This document shows positions 15,825-23,269 of a DNA stretch of 32,000 nucleotides, piece after piece (within the stretch, counting starts at the first letter, position 1; every line of letters begins with the position of its first letter). The stretch covers positions 60,001 through 92,000 of the forward strand of contig DAOMZT010000003.1 in the NCBI GenBank assembly GCA_035400625.1. The letters run 5' to 3'. The position numbers and the translations under genes are program-made. The notes under the pieces are model-generated. The model ran no database searches, was not told where the DNA came from, and worked only from the letters and a program-made list of their open reading frames with translations. Source of the DNA: an archaeon. Lineage in GTDB: Archaea > Iainarchaeota > Iainarchaeia > Iainarchaeales > CSSED10-239.

Positions 15825-16599
15825 ACTAAAAGGTTTAACTTTATATCAACAGGAAAAACATTATGTTCAGTCATCGATATTAAGTATATTGTCAGATTAC
15901 CCTTTAATCTTTAAAGGTGGTACATATCTTTGGTTTTTTCATGGCCTAAACAGGTTTTCAACAGATTTAGATTTCACTTTAGAGATAGATAGATCAACGC
16001 CAAAAACATATTTAGATGTTGATATTTTTTCTAAACATATAACAGATAAAGTTTGTCAATCTCTGTGGCTGTTTCAAGGAATAAAAGCAACAGGAAAAAT
16101 ACAAAACACAACAACAAACAGTTTTTCTTTTAAGATTGCAGCAGAAGGCCCATTATATACTACTCCTAATAGTTTGTGTTATGTTGATGTGGACATAAGT
16201 TTAAGAGAAAAAATAATTAATGTCCCAAAGCCATATAATTTAAATTTTCCAGAATATAATTTTCCAATAAAAATAATAAAAGGGATGGATGTAGAGGAAG
16301 TTTTTGCAGAAAAGATAAGAGCAATAATTACAAGAAAACCAGTAACAAAAAGCGAAAGAGATATTTATGATCTTTGGTTTTTAATGTCAAAATATAATTT
16401 AAAGATAAATAAAGAAACTTTAAAATTAATAAATAAAAAACTTTCCTTTTATAAAATGAAATTTGATAAAAATGTATTTGATAAAAAATTAATTGAAAAA
16501 AAATCTAGTTTTAAGGATCTAAGTAATTTGATTTTTGGAGAATTAAAGGATTTCAATTATTATTATAAATACATACTAAACAATATATATGAAAAATAG
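15784..16599 (+). CDS. abiEii: AbiEii/AbiGii-family nucleotidyltransferase toxin (DUF1814)
   Basis: QQEKHYVQSSIL ... LIFKGGTYLWFFHGLNRFSTDLDFTLE and EKIRAIITR ... ERDIYDLWFL match the AbiEii signature (FKGGTaL ... RfSeDlDf ... RDlYDlw). TTG 15784 or ATG 15790 could be the start. It overlaps abiEi by about 40 nt. Confidence 0.85.
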   Translation: MRMLEKEELKEIAKLKGLTLYQQEKHYVQSSILSILSDYPLIFKGGTYLWFFHGLNRFSTDLDFTLEIDRSTPKTYLDVDIFSKHITDKVCQSLWLFQGIKATGKIQNTTTNSFSFKIAAEGPLYTTPNSLCYVDVDISLREKIINVPKPYNLNFPEYNFPIKIIKGMDVEEVFAEKIRAIITRKPVTKSERDIYDLWFLMSKYNLKINKETLKLINKKLSFYKMKFDKNVFDKKLIEKKSSFKDLSNLIFGELKDFNYYYKYILNNIYEK

Positions 16600-16612
16600 A
16601 CAATTTCTTCAT

Positions 16613-16672
16613 ACATATGATGACCTAGAAGCATTCTCTCCACAATTCATAATCGACAGGGTTGTTGTTTAA
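16613..16672 (+). pseudogene. right 60-bp direct repeat: orphan copy of the last 19 codons plus stop (TAA) of ftsY
   Basis: acatatgatgacctagaagcattctctccacaattcataatcgacagggttgttgtttaa. It translates to the same TYDDLEAFSPQFIIDRVVV* as the real ftsY end. The three differences are all synonymous. Confidence 0.9.
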
Positions 16673-16685
16673 AATAAAAAAAGAA

Positions 16686-16708
16686 AAAGATCTTAATTAA
16701 AGATCTTT
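16686..16708. terminator. hairpin at the 3' end of binding-protein gene 1
   Basis: aaagatct / agatcttt forms an 8-bp stem (9 with t16694-a16700) with a taattaa loop. It spans the stop codon of the minus-strand gene at 16693 and faces the orphan ftsY tail. Confidence 0.3.
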
Positions 16709-17844
16709 ACAAATTTCCCATCTTGTACTTGTTTTAAAATTACTTTTTTTTGAACATCTCCGTTCTTGTCAAAAGAGAATATTCCACTAACGCCTTGATA
16801 GTTTTTTGTATTTTCTAGTTCTGCTTTGACTTTGTCTGTGTTTTCTCCTGCTTTTTCAATAGCTTTTGCAAGAACCATTATTGAATCATAAGAGTTTGCT
16901 GCTGTACTGTCAGGATATTCATTGTATTTTGCTTTATATTTTTCAATAAATGATTGTGCTTGTGAGTTTTTATTTTCTGTATCATAAATGTATGGATAAA
17001 TCACACCATCAGAAACACTTTTGTAATCTGTAATTAATACATTTGTTTCTGCCCCATAGTGAGACAACCATACAACGTTCATACCAAGCTCTTTCCCTTG
17101 CTTAATCATTGCTCCAACTAATGCTGAGAACTGCAAATCAAGAACTGCATCAACATTCTGTGATTTAAGAAAGGATAATTCAGCTCTTGTGTCTGTTGCT
17201 CCAGGAGTTATCTTCTGAGAAACAACAGTTCCTCCAAGTTTTTCAAAGCTTTCTGTAAAGTCATCTAGATGTTCTTGGCTAAATGAGGTTCCAGGAAGTA
17301 TAACTCCGACTTTTCTTAATTTTAAATCATTGTAAGCATAGTTTGCAAGAACTTCCATCATGTCTTTTGTTTTTGGAGCAAGCCTAAACAAGTAATCGTC
17401 TTTACTTACTTGGTCTAGATTAACGTTTGGTGCGACAACTATTACTTTCTTATCGTTTGTCATTTGCATAAAAGAAATTGTTGTGTCATTCCAACAATCT
17501 CCAACAATAAACTTAACTTTGTCTGTATTTACTAACTTATTTACTGCGTTAACTGCTTCTTTTGGAACAGATTGTGAATCTTCGACTATCAGTTCTATTT
17601 TTTTGCCGTTTATGCCACCTTTTGCATTAATTTCTTCAACTGCCAGATTAACTGCTTTTATTTCTTGTTCTCCATGATATGCTCCAACACCTGTTTGTGT
17701 AGCGACAATTCCAATTTTAAGTGTTTCTGTTGGACCACCTAATGAAAGTAATCCTGTGCTACTAGAATTAAATCCAATTATTGCAATTACTAAAATTAGA
17801 ATAACTATTGCAATTGAAACTATTAACCACGTTTTATTTTTCAT
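16693..17844 (-). CDS. ABC transporter substrate-binding protein 1, Leu/Ile/Val-binding (HAAT) family, membrane-anchored
   Basis: LKIGIVATQTGVGAYHGEQEIKAVNLAVEEINAKGGINGKKIELIVEDSQS is the type I periplasmic-binding (LivJ/K-like) N-terminal signature. The N-terminal anchor is WLIVSIAIVILILVIAIIGF. I prefer the ATG at 17844 (MKNKTW), by analogy with the paralogs, over 17862. Confidence 0.85.
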   Translation of the reverse strand: MKNKTWLIVSIAIVILILVIAIIGFNSSSTGLLSLGGPTETLKIGIVATQTGVGAYHGEQEIKAVNLAVEEINAKGGINGKKIELIVEDSQSVPKEAVNAVNKLVNTDKVKFIVGDCWNDTTISFMQMTNDKKVIVVAPNVNLDQVSKDDYLFRLAPKTKDMMEVLANYAYNDLKLRKVGVILPGTSFSQEHLDDFTESFEKLGGTVVSQKITPGATDTRAELSFLKSQNVDAVLDLQFSALVGAMIKQGKELGMNVVWLSHYGAETNVLITDYKSVSDGVIYPYIYDTENKNSQAQSFIEKYKAKYNEYPDSTAANSYDSIMVLAKAIEKAGENTDKVKAELENTKNYQGVSGIFSFDKNGDVQKKVILKQVQDGKFVKIFN

Positions 17845-17981
17845 ATATTTTACCATCTCCATTATTTTTACTTTTTTATGTTAATAAATAACTTATCATT
17901 AAAGGGCGATATAAATATCTATTCTCCAATTTAGGAGGACAAAAACATAGTTATATATAATTAATTATTCCTGTAATATAT

Positions 17982-18713
17982 ATGGATTTACAAGTGTTAG
18001 AGGAGTTAGGCTTTACTTCTGGGGAAATTAAAGTATATGTATCTCTCCTTAAAACAGGCCCATCTCCAGCAGGAAAAATTATTTCTAAGGAGAATCTTCA
18101 AAACTCAGTATTCCATTTTAATATAAATAGATTAATAAACAAAGGGTTTGTTTCTTATACTCAAAAAGGCGGGAAAAAAATATATTTTGCAAAAGATCCT
18201 GAGAATATCTTTAGCTTTATTAAGGAAAAAGAAGCAAGGTTGGTGGGTGTTGTTTCTGATCTAAAAAGCCTACAAAACAAGATATCTGATGAATATGCAA
18301 ATAGTTTTGAAATATTTGTGGGATTTCCAGGAATTACAACTTTCAATAACACAATAATTGCAAATGCAAAGAAAGGAGAAGAATATCTTTTTTATCCGGT
18401 TGATAACCCTCAATTGGAAACAAACAAAGAAATAGTAAAATATTATAAAAAATTTGATATTAGACGAAAAGTAAAGAAAATTCTTGCTAAAGCTATAATT
18501 CCAACATCTCAAAAGAAGTTGTTTTCACAAAGAACTTTCCTTAAAACAAAAGTTACAGATTCAGCAATTCCTTCAAATAAAGTGATTTGCGGAGATTATG
18601 TTGGTTTTATTGATTGGCAAGATGATATTCCAAGAGCGATATTAATTAGATCAAAACAGATTGCTAATGTTGAAAGGAAGTTTTTTAATTACCTTTGGAA
18701 TACAATTAAATAA
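17982..18713 (+). CDS. TrmB-like transcriptional regulator 1
   Basis: The N-terminal wHTH LEELGFTSGEIKVYVSLLKTGPSPAGKIISKENLQNSVFHFNINRLINKGFVSY ... YFAKDPENIF matches the TrmB-family layout. It is divergent from binding-protein gene 1. Confidence 0.7.
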   Translation: MDLQVLEELGFTSGEIKVYVSLLKTGPSPAGKIISKENLQNSVFHFNINRLINKGFVSYTQKGGKKIYFAKDPENIFSFIKEKEARLVGVVSDLKSLQNKISDEYANSFEIFVGFPGITTFNNTIIANAKKGEEYLFYPVDNPQLETNKEIVKYYKKFDIRRKVKKILAKAIIPTSQKKLFSQRTFLKTKVTDSAIPSNKVICGDYVGFIDWQDDIPRAILIRSKQIANVERKFFNYLWNTIK

Positions 18714-18853
18714 TAATAGAGATACAAACAAAGAAAAAACACGTTAAAAATAAAAAATCTAATGTTGAAAGGAAGTTTTTTAATTACCTTTGGAATACAA
18801 TTAAATAATAAAAGAGATATAAACAAAGAAAAAACATGTTAAAAATAAAAAAT
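18664..18853 (+). repeat. 95-bp tandem duplication (2 copies, 92/95 identical) spanning the regulator 3' end, the spacer and the livG start
   Basis: Copy 1 is 18664-18758 and copy 2 is 18759-18853. Mismatches are at 18717/18812, 18725/18820 and 18742/18837. The last changes ACG (copy 1) to the functional livG ATG (copy 2). A 4-nt ctaa follows copy 2. Confidence 0.95.
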
Positions 18854-19573
18854 CTAAATAAAAGTTATGGCGCAATTAAGGCTGCAGACAATTGTAGCTT
18901 TACAATTAAACCAAACAAGATAACAGGATTAATTGGCCCAAATGGAGCAGGAAAATCAACTATATTTAATATTGTCTCTGGCTTTGAGACAGAAGATTCA
19001 GGAACAATAATACTTAACAAAATAGATATTTCAAAATTCCCGCCATATAAGATTGCAAATTCAGGGATATCAAGGGTTTTTCAAAAATCAAAGTTATTTG
19101 AAAATCTTTCAGTTTATGATAATTTATCTATTGCTATTCAAGAGGATAACACTAGTTTTTTCAAAAGCCTTTTTAAAACAAGTAAACTAACAGAAGAGCA
19201 AGAAAAAAGAATTACAGAAATATTAAAGCTTTTAAGAATCTACGATATCAAGGACAAGCAATGTAGAGAACTAAGTTATGGTCAAAAAAGGCTAACAGAA
19301 CTTGCAAGAGCCATAGTTAAAAAGCACAAGTTATTGATGCTTGATGAGCCTGTTGCTGGTGTTCATCCAAGTGTTAGAAACACAATTATGGATATTTTAA
19401 AATTACTAAAGGGAAACGGAGAAACTATTCTTCTAATAGAGCACGATATGTTCTTTACTCTTAAAGTTTGCGATGAGATAATTGTTATGGATGATGGCAA
19501 AGTAATAGCTCAAGGAACACCAAGCCAGATAAAGAACAATAAAAAAGTACTAGAAGCATATCTTGGAGACTGA
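18836..19573 (+). CDS. livG: branched-chain amino acid ABC transporter ATP-binding protein LivG-like
   Basis: Walker A GPNGAGKST, signature LSYGQKRLTELARA, Walker B LLMLDEPVAG and C-terminal LEAYLGD. Confidence 0.85.
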   Translation: MLKIKNLNKSYGAIKAADNCSFTIKPNKITGLIGPNGAGKSTIFNIVSGFETEDSGTIILNKIDISKFPPYKIANSGISRVFQKSKLFENLSVYDNLSIAIQEDNTSFFKSLFKTSKLTEEQEKRITEILKLLRIYDIKDKQCRELSYGQKRLTELARAIVKKHKLLMLDEPVAGVHPSVRNTIMDILKLLKGNGETILLIEHDMFFTLKVCDEIIVMDDGKVIAQGTPSQIKNNKKVLEAYLGD

Positions 19574-19576
19574 AAT

Positions 19577-20287
19577 GTGATAGAAATACAAAATCTTAAT
19601 GCAGGTTATGGAGAAAACCACGTTTTAAAGAACATAACTTTAAGAATAGAAGAGGGAACAATAGTTTCAATAATTGGCCCAAATGGTGCAGGAAAGTCTA
19701 CTCTTTTAAATTCTATATTTAATCTTTGTGATATTTATTCTGGAGACATTATTTTTAATAATAAAAAAATAACCAAAATTGCAACACATAAGCTTATAAG
19801 TGAAGGCATAAATTATTGCCCTCAAAAGAACAGAATTTTTTCAGACATGACTGTTTATGAAAATCTAGAACTTGGCCTTTTTCAATCAAAAGAACCAGAA
19901 AAGAAGAAAAAGGAAAAGATAGAAAAAATGTTAGAGGAATTTCCTGTATTAAAACAAAAAAAAGAGATGCTTGCAAACACACTTTCTGGTGGTCAGCAAC
20001 AAATCCTTGCTATTGCTAGAGCGCTTCTTCGAGACCCAAAGGTTTTATTGCTTGATGAACCATCAATTGGCCTTGACCCAAAAACCATGAAAGATGTCTT
20101 TGGAATTATTAAAGACCTAAACATTAAAAAGAAAATAACAATGCTAATTGTTGAGCAAAATGCAAAGCAATCTGCCGAAATCTCAGATAAGATTTATATT
20201 TTTGAAGACGGTAAGATTGCCTTAGAAGGAACAAAAGAAATCTTAAATGATAAGAAAATAAAAAACATCTACTTTGGTGGAAGATGA
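19577..20287 (+). CDS. livF: branched-chain amino acid ABC transporter ATP-binding protein LivF-like
   Basis: GTG start preceded by GGAGA. Walker A GPNGAGKST, signature LSGGQQQILAIARAL, Walker B LLLDEPSIGL and C-terminal IYFGG. Confidence 0.85.
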   Translation: MIEIQNLNAGYGENHVLKNITLRIEEGTIVSIIGPNGAGKSTLLNSIFNLCDIYSGDIIFNNKKITKIATHKLISEGINYCPQKNRIFSDMTVYENLELGLFQSKEPEKKKKEKIEKMLEEFPVLKQKKEMLANTLSGGQQQILAIARALLRDPKVLLLDEPSIGLDPKTMKDVFGIIKDLNIKKKITMLIVEQNAKQSAEISDKIYIFEDGKIALEGTKEILNDKKIKNIYFGGR

Positions 20288-21079
20288 TTATTCTTTAGCA
20301 ACTTTCCATATTATATCAAAGTAGTCTTCAAATCCTTCTGCTGTATTTTTATTCTTAATAACTATGCCAATCATTGATTCCCAAATAACTATTGCTGTTT
20401 TATCTCCATAAACCCATATTGCAAAAGGCAATTGATATCCTTTTGGCATGAACCTAATTTCAAAGTTGTGATTTTTTTGTATTTTTAGTGGCCTTGATTT
20501 TCGTAAATTAGATGTGTATATAATTTTATAATTTATTTTATTTAGTCTTTTTGTAAATGAATTTACATAAGTAGGATAGTATTTTGAGAATTCCCCATCC
20601 CCACCAAAACACAACATATTTTTATTTTCTGCAATGATATCTTCAAATATGTTTTTTAAACTCAATTTTCCATCAAAGACTATAACCGATTCTTTTGTAG
20701 TTATTATGTTTGAAGAAACAAAACTAGGAAGTAGTTCTTTGTATCTTTTTCTAAATTTTGCAATTGTTTTTTCTTTATTATTTATAAGGTCTATTATTTT
20801 ATTAGGGTTATCAGCATAATAAATTCTATTTTTGTTTTTTAGAATATAACCAATTAGTCCTTTTTCTGTTAGTTCATTTAATATATCATACATATAGCTT
20901 CTATTGATTCCTGTTTTTTTAACAATCTCAGGAAGATATAAAGAACCATATTTTAGAAATACTAGATAGACTATGGCATGATTTTTTCTAAATCCTATTT
21001 CTTCAAAGTAGTTTATTAATTCTTGATCATCTGTAGTTATTTTTTCCAAAAGTGTATTATTTATATTTGTTCTTGTCAT
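20288..21079 (-). CDS. TrmB-like transcriptional regulator 2
   Basis: LINYFEEIGFRKNHAIVYLVFLKYGSLYLPEIVKKTGINRSYMYDILNELTEKGLIGY ... YYADNPNKIIDLI. I prefer the ATG at 21079 (MTRTNIN) over the GTG at 21130 in the ORF track. Its stop abuts the livF stop with no spacer. Confidence 0.7.
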   Translation of the reverse strand: MTRTNINNTLLEKITTDDQELINYFEEIGFRKNHAIVYLVFLKYGSLYLPEIVKKTGINRSYMYDILNELTEKGLIGYILKNKNRIYYADNPNKIIDLINNKEKTIAKFRKRYKELLPSFVSSNIITTKESVIVFDGKLSLKNIFEDIIAENKNMLCFGGDGEFSKYYPTYVNSFTKRLNKINYKIIYTSNLRKSRPLKIQKNHNFEIRFMPKGYQLPFAIWVYGDKTAIVIWESMIGIVIKNKNTAEGFEDYFDIIWKVAKE

Positions 21080-21197
21080 ATATATGTTAAATATAGAAAG
21101 TTTTATATTGTTGTTGCAATAATACAACACAAAAATATAAATATAAAAAACAAGAAATATTTATTAATTAAATAAAATTAAAAAGAGGTAATGTTAT

Positions 21198-22313
21198 ATG
21201 AAAACAAAAAATAAAAATTGGCTTATAGCAATTGTAGCAATAGTTATAATTGCTTTAATATTGGTTATTGCGACTCATGCAACCAAAAAATCAGAACCAC
21301 AAAAAATAAAGGTAGGTTTTATAACTGGAATAACAGGAACAACAAGTTATCTAGGAGTGCCAAATTCTAAAGCTGTATTTTTAGCAGAAAAGAAACTAAA
21401 AGAAATATATGGCGAAGAAGCGGTACAAATAATTGTTGAAGATTCCAAGTCTGATTCAAAAGAAGCAGCAAATGCAGCAAATAAGTTAATCAATGTAGAT
21501 AATGTTGATGCTATATTTGTTGAATTTACAGGTCCATCAGGAGCTGTTGTTCCAATTGCAAAAGACAATGATATAGCTGTACTTTATAGTGCATATACAA
21601 CAGATCCTTTAACAAAATACGAATATTCATTAAAGACCTATAGAAATGCAGAAGCTGAGTGTACAATATATGCAAAAATAGCAAAATCAAAAGGAATAGA
21701 AAAAATCGCAATACTTGATGCTGTTGGTGGAACTATGGGTGTTGATTGTCAAAAAGGGACATTAAACTACTATACACCAGAAAATGTAAAAATAGAAAAC
21801 TTAGCTGGTGTTCAAGATATAAAAACAGCAATACTTAAATTAAGTAATGAAGGATATAATGGGTTATTTTCTTATCTTTATGAAAATGCAACAATTTCAG
21901 TACTTGCTGCAAAATTAGATTATGGTCTAGATAATATGTTTTTCTTCGGGGATGCATCAAATACATATACTGACAAAATAAAAGAAACAATAGGCACAAA
22001 TAATCTAAATGGAACAATAATCAGCACATTAAAATATTCAGATAAATTTACAAATGATTATTATTTAGAATATGGAAATACAGATGGGGTAACAGCAAAT
22101 GCGCCAACAAACTATGATGGAATAATAAAGTTATATTCTGCAGTAAAGAAATGTGGAAAAGAAAACAAAGATTGTATAGTGAATGCTGTGTTAAATGATA
22201 AATTAACAAGTACAGTAATAAACTACGGACCATCAATAGGCAGAGCATTAAATCCACATATAGAATACCACATTATTGAAAATGGAGAGCCAGTTCTTTT
22301 GAATATTGAGTAA
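21198..22313 (+). CDS. ABC transporter substrate-binding protein 2 (divergent HAAT-family paralog), membrane-anchored
   Basis: N-terminal anchor WLIAIVAIVIIALILVIA. IKVGFITGITGTTSYLGVPNSKAVFLAEKKL ... IIVEDSKSDSKEAANAANKLI. It lacks the EINAKGGI motif of paralogs 1 and 3. GAGGT lies upstream. Confidence 0.75.
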   Translation: MKTKNKNWLIAIVAIVIIALILVIATHATKKSEPQKIKVGFITGITGTTSYLGVPNSKAVFLAEKKLKEIYGEEAVQIIVEDSKSDSKEAANAANKLINVDNVDAIFVEFTGPSGAVVPIAKDNDIAVLYSAYTTDPLTKYEYSLKTYRNAEAECTIYAKIAKSKGIEKIAILDAVGGTMGVDCQKGTLNYYTPENVKIENLAGVQDIKTAILKLSNEGYNGLFSYLYENATISVLAAKLDYGLDNMFFFGDASNTYTDKIKETIGTNNLNGTIISTLKYSDKFTNDYYLEYGNTDGVTANAPTNYDGIIKLYSAVKKCGKENKDCIVNAVLNDKLTSTVINYGPSIGRALNPHIEYHIIENGEPVLLNIE

Positions 22314-22336
22314 AAGATATCTTTATAGATATCTTT
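22313..22336. terminator. perfect 10-bp-stem hairpin between convergent binding-protein gene 2 and regulator 3
   Basis: aaagatatct (22313-22322) pairs with agatatcttt (22327-22336), with loop ttat. A T-rich stretch follows. Confidence 0.4.
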
Positions 22337-22338
22337 CT

Positions 22339-23100
22339 TTATTCTTTAGCAATCTTCCATATCACATCAAAGTAGTCTTCAAAGCCTTTTGCTGCACTTT
22401 GACTTTTTATAACTATTCCTATCTGTGATTTCCAAATTATAATTGATATTTTATCTGCATATATGTGCATTGCAAAAGAATATGTATAATCTTTAGGCAT
22501 GTATTTTATTTCTGTAACTCCTTTATGTACAGCAAGTGGTCCTCGTTTACGAAGTGCTTCTGAAAATATTAATTGATATTTTATTTTATTCTTCTTGCAT
22601 CTTAGATTGAAAGTGGTTACAAAATCTTTATAGAAATCTGCAGGAAATCCTTCTCCAGCAAAGCATTTGAAATCTTTTCCTGTTTTTATAATGTCATCAT
22701 ATATATTTTTTATCCCTTTCTTTCCCTCATAAGAAAATATTTCATCTTTTTCTGTTTGGCTACTAATTGACACCAAGGTTGGTAATATCTTTGTGTAATC
22801 TTCTTTTAAAATTTTAATTTCTTCTTCTCTTTTATTTATTAATTTAAGAAGTTTTTCTGGGTCATCTGCAAAAAACACTTTTGTGTTGTTTTTAGTATAG
22901 TTTCCAACAAGTCCTTTTTCTATTAGTTCATCTAAGATGTCATAAATATAGCTTCTAGATATTCCTGTTTTTTTTACAAGGTCTGAAATGCCAAGATGGC
23001 CAAATTTAAGTAGTGAGAAATACACCTTTGAATGGTTTTTCTTTATATCTATATTCTCCAATTTTTTTAAATCCAATAATGGTAGAGTTTGCGAGTTCAT
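22339..23100 (-). CDS. TrmB-like transcriptional regulator 3 (close paralog of regulator 2)
   Basis: NHSKVYFSLLKFGHLGISDLVKKTGISRSYIYDILDELIEKGLVGN ... FFADDPEKLLKLI. The C-terminus GIVIKSQSAAKGFEDYFDVIWKIAKE is nearly identical to that of regulator 2. Confidence 0.7.
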   Translation of the reverse strand: MNSQTLPLLDLKKLENIDIKKNHSKVYFSLLKFGHLGISDLVKKTGISRSYIYDILDELIEKGLVGNYTKNNTKVFFADDPEKLLKLINKREEEIKILKEDYTKILPTLVSISSQTEKDEIFSYEGKKGIKNIYDDIIKTGKDFKCFAGEGFPADFYKDFVTTFNLRCKKNKIKYQLIFSEALRKRGPLAVHKGVTEIKYMPKDYTYSFAMHIYADKISIIIWKSQIGIVIKSQSAAKGFEDYFDVIWKIAKE

Positions 23101-23130
23101 AAATATGATATGTATGGTAACTTTTATAAA

Positions 23131-23149
23131 GTCGTAATATTTTTACGAC
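23131..23149. promoter_or_regulatory. 7-bp inverted repeat GTCGTAA-N5-TTACGAC in the regulator 3 / binding-protein 3 divergent control region
   Basis: Perfect dyad 31-49 nt upstream of the regulator 3 start at 23100. Confidence 0.3.
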
Positions 23150-23202
23150 ACACATATAACTAATTCTAAAACAATACATATTTAGTAACTAAAACAAATG
23201 AA

Positions 23203-23225
23203 CTCGTGAACAGTGGCAACACGAG
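23203..23225 (+). promoter_or_regulatory. relatively GC-rich hairpin in the putative 5' leader of binding-protein gene 3
   Basis: CTCGTG (23203-23208) pairs with CACGAG (23220-23225) around an 11-nt loop. It lies 45 nt upstream of the ATG at 23270 in otherwise very AT-rich DNA. Confidence 0.3.
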
Positions 23226-23269
23226 GGATGCAAAAAAACAAATTGCCACAAATAAAGGGGGTAAAAAAT

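Larger units (their letters stand above)
15086..16672 (+). mobile_element. putative integrated cassette (unique part 15146-16612, ~1.47 kb) carrying only an AbiE module, bounded by direct repeats of the ftsY 3' end
   Basis: Direct repeats lie at 15086-15145 and 16613-16672. The interior holds one palindromic operator-like site and two overlapping genes. There is no recombinase and there are no terminal inverted repeats. Confidence 0.6.

Noticed and set aside
15146-16612. Search for an integrase, transposase or terminal inverted repeats inside or next to the AbiE cassette
   Set aside because: Only abiEi and abiEii fit in the 1467 bp. No R-H-R-Y, DDE or serine-recombinase-like ORF occurs anywhere in the window, and the cassette ends are not inverted repeats. 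It is therefore reported as integrase-less and not as a classified IS or prophage.
16589-16672. 27-codon ORF (MKNRQFLH + TYDDLEAFSPQFIIDRVVV*) that would express the orphan ftsY tail
   Set aside because: It overlaps the abiEii 3' end in another frame, has no ribosome-binding site, and is explained fully by the duplication. It is treated as a by-product.
18664-18853. Possible CRISPR-like or minisatellite array
   Set aside because: There are only two directly abutting 95-bp copies with no spacers. The repeat is made of gene-end and gene-start sequence, so it is a simple tandem duplication.
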